A stretch of 59,856 nt of DNA, filler included, from Circinaria calcarea (taxonomy: Eukaryota): NCBI GenBank assembly GCA_051942165.1. It is 13 parts of 13 records of this genome, joined end to end, with 100 filler letters (N's around TTAATTAATTAA, not from the genome) between each part and the next. Parts side by side here need not be neighbours in the genome. Positions count along the whole stretch, not along the records: positions 46,181 to 50,674 come from JAVECS010002300.1; positions 50,775 to 55,265 come from JAVECS010002301.1; positions 55,366 to 59,856 come from JAVECS010002302.1; 10 more parts are not named here. One strand, given 5' to 3'. This document shows, piece after piece, positions 48,176 to 59,856 of the stretch. Below the pieces are notes generated by a model, which saw nothing but the letters and a program-made list of their open reading frames with translations, did not search any database and was not told the DNA's origin. Position 1 is the stretch's first letter. The number at the start of each line of letters is the position of its first letter. A program made the translations under genes and the position numbers.

Positions 48176-48847
48176 ATGGGGATTCCTTTGCGTTGCCTGA
48201 TTAACTTTCTCGCTCGGCGGACTTATTATTGCATGACACTTTATTCGTGCTTTTTGACTTTCGACCAAGCAACAGCTCTTGACTTTTTGTACCTCATTTT
48301 TCCTCGATTTTGGTAACGATGTTACGATGTTCTGCAACGGCAAGAAATGATACACACTTTGGAGAGAGGAATAGCAGGAGAGAGATGGTGGCATGTGTGC
48401 TCGCTTAAAAAAATCGGTCATGTGACAGGAACTGCGCCACTTTGCTACGCAATCAAACCCCTCAATAGGATTTCTGTTCGCACTGATGTTTTATATTTCC
48501 GATTCGTGAACAATACAATAGCTTTATACGATCGCACAACAACGACAAACATAATGAGAATCAAGAGAATAATACCTGCGCCACAAACTTTGAATACAGA
48601 TATTCGGTGATCGATACTCCATCTCATGCCGGTACATTGTGGGTAGAGTATGAGATGTGCACGGACAACAGCCCCGATGTCTGTACCTGGAGCGCCATCA
48701 CCAAAAACGTAAAGCCCATCTACTGTCCTACCCTTTATCCTGTCGTCCTCAATAACCAGAGCCTCATGTTAGATGTTTGGGTCCGTACAGCTCAGATCCC
48801 AGTCCCGAACACCACTCGAACCCGGACATGGATATCTGAAGGCCTAA
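48176..48847 (+). other. Possible small spliced Cys-containing gene or pseudogene
   Basis: Donor/acceptor-like sites link short frames, including TCATNFEYRYSVIDTPSHAGTLWVEYEMCTDNSPDVCTW. One putative exon has an in-frame TAG. Confidence 0.25.
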
Positions 48848-49471
48848 TTCAAATGCTCTCCCTTCCTTCACTCCCTTCACTCCCTTACCCTTACGTCCGC
48901 TCCGTCTTCCGTATTATACGAAAGAAAAAAAGAAAGCCTTTGCCCCATCCCATCCCATTCTATCCCATCCCATGTCAATACAATGTAGTACTCCTTGCCT
49001 TACTATCAACATAGGGGATCCCCATCCCCCGCTGCTTCCTTATTCCCGGACTTTCTTTGCCCTTTCCCCGAACTCTCGGAAAAGAAACGAAACGTCCTCG
49101 GTGGGAAAATGAACTGTTTCCTTTTTCTCTTTTTCTCTCGAAAAGGGGGAGGGGGAGGGGGAGGGAAGGAAGGTGGGTTGTGGAGAAGGAAAGGAAGGTA
49201 TTTTGTGGAGAGGAGGTTCTATTTTGCTATCCGAGGGAAATGGAATGGTGGGCGGTGAGATGTTGATAATTCTCTAGGGGATTAACAAAGGGAGGGAGGG
49301 ACCCTTGTGCTAAGACTCCAACCGTTAGTGGCATCTCGGTGTGATCCTTTTATATCCATGGTACCGGTTCCAAGAGTAACTTGCTCGTTCAGTTCATACA
49401 TTCTCTGCTTTTGTGCTCCCAGTCAATTTTGTTCATGCTTGAAATTCGGAGCGCTATGCCATGTCTTGCAA

Positions 49472-50636
49472 TCATGCACCTGAGCGCCTCCCTTTAGCAC
49501 TGAACGTCTTCAAAGGATCTCCCTTTCTCGCCGCTAGCTTCCGCCCCTTTCCTCCAGCTCTTTTCTGCGCTCGTGCCTTCCTGATGCGATTTTCGCTTAC
49601 CTTGCCCATCCCAACAAATCCGACATCTTTTCCCCCGATCCCCTGGTTCCCATTACTCGGCATCAGGTAGTCCGGTACATGTTTCAAATGCGGCTGCACC
49701 CTCGCAGCCCTCAACTCTCCGTCGTGCCTGAGATGACGAAGATCGTCGGGATTTTCTTCAAAGTGTCGTTTTAGCTTTTCGGATTTGACGAGTTCTTGCC
49801 TAAGCTCGCGCGTGCGGGCTTCGCGGATGGCGAGGCGGGTAACGGCGCGTAAGGCATCGGTCATGCGGTAACGAAAAGCACCGACTTGTTTCATGTCAAA
49901 GTGATAAGGTTTGACTTCTTTGCCGGATTGGGCTTGCTGTTTCATGATTCTGGCCAAGACCTTTTCATCGTGTTGGGCGGTGGGAAAGGAGGTAGGCTTA
50001 TGTTTGTGATAAAGATCGGCAGGAATCACAAAAGAGAGGGCCATTCCTGTTTTTCCTGCGCGGGCGGTACGTCCAATACGGTGAGTGTAAGCTTTTGATG
50101 TGGTAGGTAAGTCGAAATTTAAGATGCAGGCAACATTTTGGAAGTCGATACCACGGGAGATTCCGTATTCTCTATCTTTCTTGGCAATGCGGCGCTTCTT
50201 CTTGATGGGTTCATTTGATTGACTCTCTGCTTCGAGCTGCGACTTGCCAACTTTGTCATCCACTTCCTCCGTAGGTAGCCCACTGATGGTAACACCATCT
50301 TCGACAACGGCATTCTCACCATTGAGTGATTTAAAATCCGCCTTTCTGACCTTAGTTTTCTTAGAGCTACTGCTCTCAGCAGTTCCTGATATCTCTTGTC
50401 CGTCCGTAGCTATGATAATATCGTAGACGTTCTTATTGAACTCCTCGACCACATGGATTCGCGAATTCACAGGTAGCTCAGAATTTAGTACACAACTTTT
50501 CGTACCAAATTGCTCAAGGAACAGCTTCAGTCTGTAGCACCTATCGATATCGCCGACAAAGACAATACACTTCCCCTTGATGAGCTTCAACTTGAATATC
50601 ACATAGACTAACAGGAATTTCTCGTCCTCCGCGCAT
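49472..50636 (-). CDS. DBP9: ATP-dependent RNA helicase DBP9 (DDX56), last exon
   Basis: [79 protein letters not shown]. Confidence 0.96.
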
Positions 50637-50674
50637 CTAAGTTTGCCATGAGATCAGCATTTACACGACGACTC

Positions 50675-50774
50675 NNNNNNNNNNNNNNNNNNNNNNNNNN
50701 NNNNNNNNNNNNNNNNNNTTAATTAATTAANNNNNNNNNNNNNNNNNNNNNNNNNNNNNNNNNNNNNNNNNNNN
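50675..50774. other. Artificial contig linker
   Basis: N44-TTAATTAATTAA-N44. Confidence 0.99.
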
Positions 50775-51589
50775 AGATCAGCTGCAGCCGTTCAGAAGAT
50801 CACCAACGCTGGTGGTAAAGTCATGACTCTTGACCTAGAAGAGCCGCAGGAGAGCATTTTTACAAAAGTTCGAGATGCTGAGAAAATTTACGGACACATT
50901 GATTACCTGGTTAATAATGCTGCTTACTCTCTTCTCGGACCTCTTGAGCATTTCACGTAGGCCTCACATATATATATTCTCCTAATACGAAATTAGAATA
51001 CTGACTTTTTACTCCAAGCGAGGCAGAAATTGAGAAGCAGTACCGAGCCAATGTCTTTGGGCTTCTTTTCGTTATTCAGGCTGCTCTTCCCACCATGCGC
51101 CAGCGTCGAGCCGGCCTCATTGTCAACTTCTCCTCCGTCGCAGGTCAGGATACCAATCCGGGAATCGGTGCCTATGGATCTACCAAGGCGGCCGTCGAAG
51201 CCATATCCGAGGCATTATCTAAAGAGCTCTCTGAGTTTGGCATCTCTGTGCTCATCATCGAACCAGGCGCCTTCAGGACGAACTTCCTCGGTGCACTTCA
51301 GACAACTGCAGACGGGATACCGGAGCATTACCATGGCACAGCAGCTGAGAAAGCGACGAATGCGATGAAAGCTGCGAATGGCAAACAGCCTGGAGATCCA
51401 GAAAAGGCGACTGATAAGATTTACGAGATTATCAGTGGGGAGGGAGAGACGGGCGAGTTGAAGGGCAAGGTATTGAGATTCCCAATCGGGCAGGATGCCC
51501 TAGCAAGAATCGATAAGAAGATGAAGAAGTTCTCGGAGGACATGGCTGCTGGGAAGGAATCAGAGGATAGTTTTAGCACTGCCTTTTAA
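50775..51589 (+). CDS. Short-chain dehydrogenase/reductase, 5' truncated
   Basis: GHIDYLVNNAA, IVNFSS, catalytic YGSTK, IEPGAFRT, QPGDPEK; intron 50957-51018. Confidence 0.93.
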
Positions 51590-52905
51590 GCTATTACAAT
51601 CTGACTAAAACCTCTTCTATAATGACTTTTACATGGACATAGGACCTTGTATCCTTTAAACTATTGCTCCGGCGGAATAAACCGTGCACTCGTGCTCACT
51701 CCAGCCCCTGGTCCATGCCAGGCCTGGCTTGACCAATCCGTACCTTATATATATTGAGTAGCGAAATATATGGTGGCATTCATGCTATTTATGAGTGTGT
51801 AACTAAGTAACTACCTATGCTACGAAAAAGTGCTTTTATAGTGTGTGTGGAAGTGTTGAGCATGGACCTCCTATGCAACACATGCCTCGGTAAGCCCTAT
51901 GACTTCCAACACCTAATAGCTAACTGTTATAATTATAGTTATTAGCACTCAAAATGGGGCTCAGCGTCATAGTGGCAGAGTATATCTCTGCCAGCAGAGC
52001 GTTAGCTAGTTAGATAACCTTCAATGCAAAAGTGGTTCCAACCAACAGGACGTATAGTGTACAACTTGCCAATAACATTCAAATAAAGGCAGAATTTTCG
52101 TTGATTACCCGTTTCGTTACCGTGAGATCTTAAATAAACGGCTCGCATCATAATATCGAAACTTGCGTGTAATCAATTCAAGATTCGTGTCAAAGGTTTG
52201 CTCGCTTGACTGGCCTGCTCTCCGCTCTCAAGGTTCAAAATTTCAGCAACGGACCAGGTCTCATTCCGATTTGTGGATTTTTGCTTGCTCTCCACAGCCT
52301 ACTGGTACAGGCTTCGGCTTTGGCTTCGGGCTGGAGCGGCATTTGTAGAACTTGGCTTGCTGGAAGGAGATGGATTCGGCGAGCAGGGAAGGGTAATTCT
52401 GATGCTGGCGGGGGAGTTAGGAGCGAAGGGATGGTGTTGCGGGAGCTGTAGGACCGGGCGGTAGTGGTGGGAAAGGAGAGGGGGAAGCGGTACGAGGTGC
52501 GTGGATGTTTGTGCAAGGTTGGGGAGTGTAAATTTGCGGTGGAAGAAGCCCCCGGGGGGTGGAGGATTTTCTGCATCTGGCATTCTGGACGTAAAACGTC
52601 CTTTCTTTCACCGGTAGTTGCGGGGATTGGTTGAATAAACGACGCAGGTTATAATGAGTTCTTCAGGCTCCCCTTTGAAAAGATAGCAATTAGAATAGGG
52701 GCTGATATGGTGAGGAAAATTCGGGCTTTTGCCATTTTTATACGCGTATTTGCTGCTGACTTTAGTGGAGGGATCTGAACCCGGAATGCTCGGTTTCTCC
52801 AGAAAGCTTTTAATATATCACAATATATCATGAAATGTACAAATCCGAGAACTAAATGGTTAAGTAGATAGTAAATATAAGTACGTAGAGTCGGTACTCC
52901 ATTCC

Positions 52906-55263
52906 TTAATCAACGCACCATCTCTGCGTGCTAGGGAATTTCTCAGCAACAAAGCCATGATAGCCTAGGAAAAAGTCCGTGAGAAGCCTTTGAAAAGCTA
53001 TGTTCGCCTTCTCCGGACCGTTAATATTACTAACTGTTTTCATCAAATCGGCGTCCTCGAGTGCTTCTGTTGCCAAGTCTCGAGTTTTCCGTCGGAGCTT
53101 ATCTAATTCCTTATTGTATGCGGAGACGTTTATCCCGGTTTTTTCGTTATTCATTTCTGCCAGCCGCTGGGTAGATTCATCGTCCCGGAGAAGATTCCCA
53201 CATTGATACGCAGCTTCCAACATCTCGCTCATTGATTTTCCAAAAAGATAGAGAATCGCACGTGATTTAGATTCAACGTATGTGACTCCGTCTTCGTCGC
53301 GTATTCGCTCCACCAGTAAAGCGGCTCGTACTGGTGTTGGATCATCAGCGGTAGCCCGAAAGCGCTTTTCTATTAGGAGAATGTGCTCATTGGCCTTTTC
53401 CCGAATGAGGTCACGTATTGAGCGTTGGGTAGCTTGCATTTGTTTGTCCGTTACGAAGGGTTGCCCAGAGACGAGATGTTCGGGAGAAGGCGGGTCATTT
53501 TTGTCGGTCAGGACCCTATACCAGGCACTGCTATCATCTCTCACGTAAGGCGATTTATTCTCAGACTTAGGGGTCATACCCCAGATATTTTGAAGTACAA
53601 ATTTCGGGGCCATCGAGAATGATAAAAGGAAGCCGGGAAGACTAATTAAAAGACCATGTGCAGTGGGTACACCAATAAAATCCACCGTTTTCCCTCCTAT
53701 GATATCTTTCCTTCCATGCCTATCAGGTGTCAAAAGAGTTGCTGGTGCCCATCTGTAGCCCTTTTCTCTCAACTTTGGCCCAGCATGGAAAATGATGGAC
53801 CTTGGGATACCTCGAAGATCTAACGGCATAAGCGACCACACTTCTTGTATCCTCCGGCCTTCAGGGACTGCAAGGACTTTCGCTAGGTCGAGATTCATAA
53901 GAGTAGCAATGCACAAAGGTTCATCTGACGGAACGCTGACTGATCGATGCTTAAGAGCACTAGCGATATTGGGGAGATCGCTAAATGAATTGTCGGAACT
54001 ACCAAAAAAGGTACTCCTTAAACCGGCATATGTATATATCATGTCATCAACTAGACCCTCCAGCTGCGAATGATCATCGGATGGGATCTGTAGCCATAGT
54101 TGATGGAGATCTATTGGTACGTCATGGAATTGGAACCAGAGTCTCGTAGCCAATGCTCCTTCTTGCAAAGTCCATAGTCTCTGCATCCACCCTGAGGTAA
54201 AGATTCTAGCACAAGCTTCCACAGCATCTAGGTCCTGACTGCGATACTGTTGTAGCGACGCGTCTAAGACGAGGACATGAGTGGCTTGTTGATAGGTTCT
54301 CCTCATCTCTGCTAATGCCTTTGCCTTAGCTTCCGCCGGTTCCACTGGACAGCAGAGAGTATCTATCCATAAGAGCAATTCTCCATCCTCTTCAGCCGAC
54401 TCTGCAGCATCATTCAGCGCGGTAAGAAGGCTATGCAAATGTGATAACTGACATCGTGGGAGCGCATTTGCTCTCGGATTTCCAAGACCATCCGCCCAAA
54501 CGTGGGAGAGGGCAACGTAGCGAGAGTTCGAGTTTGATTCCAAGACACTAATGGAGAGATTATTTATCGGTTCATCACAATGATTAATTCGCAACAGCGG
54601 CAGTTGGCCATTCTCTAAAATCCGAATCACTTCTTTCCCGTCTATCACAATCTCATGGCAAGCGCAACCAGCGGCGTAATGTCGGGTCTGATAATTATTC
54701 AACTCTATTTGATAGGCTGTGCATTTATGATCCGTACAAGCTTGATGGCGATTGCCGGATTCACGTTTTTGGATCTTGCTTAGATAATATACCGTTTGTA
54801 CGGAGTTGGAGACCTCGAGACATCTGCGTACTTCGCTCGGACACCACCCATTTCCCTGCATTGAATCGGATACATCAGGAAAGAACATAGACCATATTTT
54901 AGGGCATTTGTCATCCTTGGGCTCCACAGAGAAGGCTTTATTCGCGGCATGTCCTAGGAATTCCCCTATCGCCGCAATGGAACACTTTATTCTTCGGTCA
55001 ACCCCTGCCGAAGCTTGCACCAGGTTGTACAGCGTGATATCAAGACATTTGATAATATGCTCATAATGAGTCTGTCTTTTATTTGCACCGTTTTTTACCT
55101 CGGCTATCCAGGTGTCAGCCAGTGAGGGAAGCTTTGATGTTGAGAGAATCCTCTCATCTCCAGTCTCCGTCTCCACGGTGTATACAAATTCCGCAGGGTT
55201 GAACAAATTTCCAAAGATCTCCGTTAGTAGTCCGAAAAAGAGCCATGTTTGAAGATACGCTTC
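52906..55263 (-). CDS. HET-domain protein, 5' truncated
   Basis: YLQTWLFFGLL, GWCPSE, YVALSHVWADGLGN, LLWIDTLCCP, MRRTY, WMQRLWTLQEG, DEPLCIATL, GYRWAP. Confidence 0.93.
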   Translation of the reverse strand, partial: EAYLQTWLFFGLLTEIFGNLFNPAEFVYTVETETGDERILSTSKLPSLADTWIAEVKNGANKRQTHYEHIIKCLDITLYNLVQASAGVDRRIKCSIAAIGEFLGHAANKAFSVEPKDDKCPKIWSMFFPDVSDSMQGNGWCPSEVRRCLEVSNSVQTVYYLSKIQKRESGNRHQACTDHKCTAYQIELNNYQTRHYAAGCACHEIVIDGKEVIRILENGQLPLLRINHCDEPINNLSISVLESNSNSRYVALSHVWADGLGNPRANALPRCQLSHLHSLLTALNDAAESAEEDGELLLWIDTLCCPVEPAEAKAKALAEMRRTYQQATHVLVLDASLQQYRSQDLDAVEACARIFTSGWMQRLWTLQEGALATRLWFQFHDVPIDLHQLWLQIPSDDHSQLEGLVDDMIYTYAGLRSTFFGSSDNSFSDLPNIASALKHRSVSVPSDEPLCIATLMNLDLAKVLAVPEGRRIQEVWSLMPLDLRGIPRSIIFHAGPKLREKGYRWAPATLLTPDRHGRKDIIGGKTVDFIGVPTAHGLLISLPGFLLSFSMAPKFVLQNIWGMTPKSENKSPYVRDDSSAWYRVLTDKNDPPSPEHLVSGQPFVTDKQMQATQRSIRDLIREKANEHILLIEKRFRATADDPTPVRAALLVERIRDEDGVTYVESKSRAILYLFGKSMSEMLEAAYQCGNLLRDDESTQRLAEMNNEKTGINVSAYNKELDKLRRKTRDLATEALEDADLMKTVSNINGPEKANIAFQRLLTDFFLGYHGFVAEKFPSTQRWCVD

Positions 55264-55265
55264 AA

Positions 55266-55365
55266 NNNNNNNNNNNNNNNNNNNNNNNNNNNNNNNNNNN
55301 NNNNNNNNNTTAATTAATTAANNNNNNNNNNNNNNNNNNNNNNNNNNNNNNNNNNNNNNNNNNNN
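55266..55365. other. Artificial contig linker
   Basis: N44-TTAATTAATTAA-N44. Confidence 0.99.
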
Positions 55366-55369
55366 GGGG

Positions 55370-55371
<2 letters not shown>

Positions 55372-55424
<53 letters not shown>

Positions 55425-55437
55425 TGTGTGTGTGTGT
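55372..55437 (+). repeat. Compound microsatellite, about (GA)25(GT)8
   Basis: Directly visible. Confidence 0.97.
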
Positions 55438-56446
55438 AATGGAAGTAAGAAAGGGTGAGTAATAAAGGTAAAAAAGGGGTTGAGTGCAGAAAAGGAGGAT
55501 AGATAAAAGGGAGATTGCGAAAAGGAGATGAAGGAAGGCAGAGGGAGATGAGGTAGATGAGGGAGGAAAATTCCGGATAGAAGCCAGTCACAGAGCAATT
55601 CGGAGCATTTCAAGGGTTGAGAAAAGTTACGTGGAGCAAAAAACATAAAAAAAAAGGGGCACCGTCAAGTTTTAACCAGAAGAAACTTTTTATCTCTTTT
55701 GGAGATGGTCTTGCGAACCAACGGGCCACGACCGGCGCGCATTAAAGTTCCATCATCTACTGGAATAAGGCGAAAGATCCTTAAATTAAAATCCCCGGCA
55801 ACAGAAGAAAGGAAAAAGCTCTCGGCGGAATCGGTCATACTCCACCACACGCCTCCCCCACCCCCAGCTGTAACGTTAAGCATCTCAATCGTCCAATAAG
55901 CACCCCGTCTCCCATCACACGCTCCCCTGACCTTGGGTTCATCAAAAGGCCGTTTTTGGTTTTGGAAAAGCAAAAAGCAAGAAATATAATATACTTGGTG
56001 GGTCCTCCCAACACACATTTCCCTCATACAAAGTTCTCCTAACAGCATCGTAATCATCACACCTGAATGCATCACCTTAGGAGGAGATCATGGGTGGAGT
56101 CGTGGGTAGAATGGAACGTTGGTGTCGTTAGGGTCGTCAATGCAACATGGAAAAGCATGGAACACCATCAGATGGTTCGTAATGGTGCAAATGAGAATCT
56201 CTATAGATGGAAGGATGAATTGGGAAAAATGAGAGGATACCATCCCGTCCGTTGGTGAAACCCAAGACCAAGGCAAGATGGAGTTTCTCGGGTAAATCAA
56301 GACGAAAACAATGTAGAGGTTCGGTGGACTCGCTGCGTTAAATCGTCATAATATCGCGTGCCCCGTGCAAGCAGTTCGTATCCGGTCGAATTTCAGTGAC
56401 CATGTCGTGTCAGATAAAGGCGATACCCAATTCGTCCATTCGTGTA

Positions 56447-58640
56447 TCATCGGCGTCGTTGCATTATTGTGCTTTTTGTTCGGCCAATGGTCCGTCCATC
56501 CCGGTCAAACGGACCGCTGATAGGAGTACTGACACTTCCTTCTCGCATCGTCTTACGGCGTTTAAGAGCCTCGATATCATCTCCACGACTCGTCGGGCGA
56601 GAATGATCCTGATCGTCCTCGTCACGTACACGCTTGTTCGACGGGGCCGATCCGTTGACCATCGAAGACGCATAGGCCGATTGCAAAGGGGTCGAAGTAT
56701 AAGGGTCCGTTCCCCCACTGCCGTTGGCTGTCGGTCCTCGAGCGTCGCTCATGACACTATAAAGGCTGCTCGAAGGCGGTATTCGAGGTGGTGTGTTGTA
56801 TCCGGGCGCCGGCCATGGCGCTTGAGAAACAGCGGTACTCCGTGGTGTCACTCGGCCGGTACCGTTTTGGTGCGACGGCGATCCGGACACTTGTTCGGGG
56901 GAGAGGTGAGGATGCTCTCCGTGCAAGGACCCTATGCTTGGACCCGTATTGTAATATGATGGACCACGATTGGCGTTGTAGGCAGTGCTATTGTCATGAG
57001 CATATTCCGTATCATGTTCATGCTCTGCTTCTTCCTCACCCGTTGCATGGCCCACCTGCTCGTTTCCCTGGCTGTGAGCATAGGGGTCATTTTTATGATC
57101 GCCATGATCAGCCTCCGACACAGAACCTGTTGCTCGGGATGTCGGTGGTCCCATGTCGCTCTTCATGTATGGGTTTGCTTGCATCGCCTGACCGAACCTC
57201 GCCATATTGTGTTGAGCCACGTTTTGCTGCTGGGGAGGATATTGGCCTTGCTGGGCTGGTGCCGCCGAATACATGGATCGGGGGTTGTCATAGGACTGTT
57301 GGTTCTGGTACGGTTGCATATTTTGCATCATGCTGCCCGGAGGCGTTGTGGCCGGAGTAGATGGCATGGATCGCGTGTTGCTTAGGCTGGTGTCAATCGT
57401 AAGGGGCGGAGCGCCTTGCACGCCACTATTCATATTTGGTGCGACCCATTCGCTGATACTGCCTTGATTGCTCATTCCCATCGTACTCGAAGCACTTGTG
57501 GGAGGCGTCGGAAACGTATGTGCTCGATCGAGACTTGGTCTGCCAACACCCGGATATGGCGCTATCGAGTGGGGGGGTTGGGAAACGTGAGACCCAACGG
57601 AACTGTTCATCGAGTGGTGATGATGCAAGGCCGGTGGCTGGGAACCTGGACCGATCATTGAGTTGTGCTGCTGCTGTTTCTCCTGCTGTTTCCGGCGCTC
57701 AGCTGCCTGCATCACCATATTGGTGCGAGACGAGTTGGTGGGATGGTACAGTAGCTGTCCAATATTATGGACAAAGAGTGGGTACAGAAGCTCCGTGATC
57801 TTTTCTCTGTTCGCAAAGTCCAAGGCTCGCTCAAACGGGATCCTGTTACAATCGGTCAGTAGGGAAATCAACCTCTTAGTGGCGTAGACTACCATACCAG
57901 ACACCTTTGAGATGCATAGGTCCAATCTTGACAACATGACGTGTTTTCTCACTCTTCAAGATGCCATCCCGACGACCTCGAGTCATACCGGCAACATTGA
58001 GAAGCTTGGTACCATTGATCATGTGGTTGTCTACCGTCATTGTTAATCGTTGGACCTACGCACAATGCCAAGTGCGGCCGCTGGAAATCGTGCATATGCA
58101 TCAATGCAAGGGCGGGTCCTTACCTTCTCGACGTGCCACACATACACCCTTGGCTTCAACTTGAAAACAGAGACTACCTTCATCTTCCCACAACGTTGCC
58201 GTAACACGCGGCTTCATCCCCGGGGGGGCAATCTGACCGGTTGTATCAAAAGACTGCGGAGTATATCCCTGAGAAGGGCCTCCTGGGCCATAGCCGTGCT
58301 GTGGTGGTCCAGGCCCCATTGCTGCAAGATATCAGCAATGACATTACGGCGCTCGGATTTTTCGTTTACCTGGTAGGGGGAGTAGCTGTGTATTCATCTG
58401 GGGAGCAGACACCGGGTGACCGACGCCCTGTGGCGAGGTAACTCCATTGGTGTATGTATATTGACCGTAGGAACTTGGTGATGGCGCATAACTGCCCGGG
58501 CCGGGTTGCAAAGCTGGCTGCTGTTGTTGATATTGGGCGTATTGTGAAATGCCACTAGAAGCTTGCGGTTGTGGTGCATAGGATGAACCTCCTGACATAT
58601 GGGACTGCTGCGACTCCAAGTACTGATGGGGTTGGTTCAT
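56447..58640 (-). CDS. stuA: APSES transcription factor StuA
   Basis: [97 protein letters not shown]. Introns 58322-58369, 58031-58123 and 57843-57897. First in-frame ATG at 58640. Confidence 0.97.
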
Positions 58641-59856
58641 TGTACCCTGATATGACTCCGTTTCCTGGCTATAGACCTGAGTGTGGTGATTATGACCCGA
58701 GTATTGTTGCGAGGACTCTTCAGAATGCCCGCTGGGTATGTTGGCCACGTGGTGCGATGACGCCGGAGAGGGCGAAGGCGTTTTCAAGCCAATTGCTGGG
58801 TTGGAATTGGGATACGAAGACACGCTTGTCAAAGATGAAGGGTACTGACTTGCGCTATAATTCGAGGATGAGTCCAGTGACCCAATTCGAGATGAAGAGG
58901 TCCCGGAAGAGCTGCTTGCAGGGTATGTTTGTGGTAGATGCAGATTCGGCAATCGATCACTAGACAGCAGGGAACGCTGAGCAGAATGATGATTGTACCA
59001 CGGGACGTCGACAGGACCTCGGGTATGAACCTGGGATATCGATGGGAGCTCCAGCTTTTCGGTATTGTACGAATATGGCCGTGAATGACCTTTTAGCGGG
59101 TTCCGTGCGGGACCAGTCAAGCCTCGACTCGTACAAATTCAGATATGAGGCGGTAGACGTCGGGATCTTGGAGGTTGGAAAAAAATATCGCGTCCAAAAA
59201 AAACAACCAATCACCTCCCCTCGCACAGGATCTTCTTGGGTTCGGTTTGCTATAACGCTCAATGTATGGTTGTATGTATACTAAACGCCACTTGAAGAGA
59301 ATCGTGTACGCCGTGTGCTGGAACTGGCTTGGCCAACTCGGAAAGCTGATGGACGACGGACGTAGGGGGGGGGGAACTGAACTGCAATTGGCTGAAGGGA
59401 GGGAACCGCCTTGCGGTGGTTCCTTCGCAAAGGAGAAGGATCGAGGACGGCTAGAGGCGCAAAGTGGCGTGGCTGATGTACAGGTATTCGGAAGCAGGTC
59501 GTGACGGGCAATGCGACGCTCAGACTGAGTGGTGGGAGTGAGAATGCGTAAGATGGTCGATCAGGAAGCGCAGTATCGTATGTTCGTTTCAGGTCATTAA
59601 AGGGGAAAGGCCCAAGGCAGTTTGCTCGTTTCGATGCACGTCAATTGCGAACGGATGTATGTCTTTCGGAGGTGCTTTAACGGGATAGGCGAAGGCGCGG
59701 ACGTCAAAGACAAGAAACGCTTGGTGCTGCGCGTCTAGCGGGTAGTAACGTTGGATGAAAGAAGAAAGAGAGCGTGAAGGAAGACCGTTAGAATCGTTGC
59801 GTTGCGTCGCCTTTGATGGGAGATTGTTGTTTGTGGAGAGGGTTTTTGGGGGGGGG

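Noticed and set aside
52163..52831. Overlapping short ORFs between the SDR and HET genes
   Set aside because: Low-complexity purine/pyrimidine-skewed sequence with no domain evidence
32727..55263. HET + ankyrin + DUF6590 + HET as one immune gene cluster
   Set aside because: The genes lie on four separate contigs ordered only by length
4531..55365. Regularly spaced TTAATTAATTAA motif as a biological repeat or array
   Set aside because: Always embedded in 44+44 Ns; it is a synthetic six-frame-stop linker
56396..57887. Long plus-strand ORFs opposite StuA (and similar ones opposite the HET, stomatin and MAM3 genes)
   Set aside because: Antisense shadows of real coding sequence

Overview
This window is not contiguous DNA. 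It is 13 short contigs (4,530 down to 4,491 bp, in descending length) joined by an artificial 100-bp spacer, N44-TTAATTAATTAA-N44, so adjacency across spacers means nothing. The content is filamentous-ascomycete (Pezizomycotina) genomic DNA, judged from short GT-AG introns with CTRAY-type branch sites, RIP-like C>T damage, StuA and HET genes. Recognisable genes, many cut by contig ends: a GPI-anchored yapsin-type aspartic protease, a stomatin/SPFH protein, an APH-type phosphotransferase, a DUR3-like transporter exon, ALB1, a Mam3/CNNM protein, a Cys6 zinc-cluster-like protein, PAN3, a UBX2/FAF2-like protein, two HET-domain proteins, a C2H2-ankyrin protein, a DUF6590-like protein, DBP9, an SDR and StuA. 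There are also RIP-damaged relics (an SNF2-family ATPase, LTRs, DNA-transposon ends). Most interesting: (1) a 664-bp PAN3 intron that is almost entirely an ORF in frame with the next exon and encodes two extra PAM2-like motifs; (2) a decaying actinobacterial-type glucosyl-3-phosphoglycerate synthase gene on a fungal contig; (3) a ZZ-HET protein with a Zn2Cys6-like cluster inserted inside the HET domain; (4) a 160-codon Met-free in-frame extension upstream of StuA; (5) a high-identity ankyrin array with hypervariable positions. All family assignments come from motif recognition and recall, not database searches.
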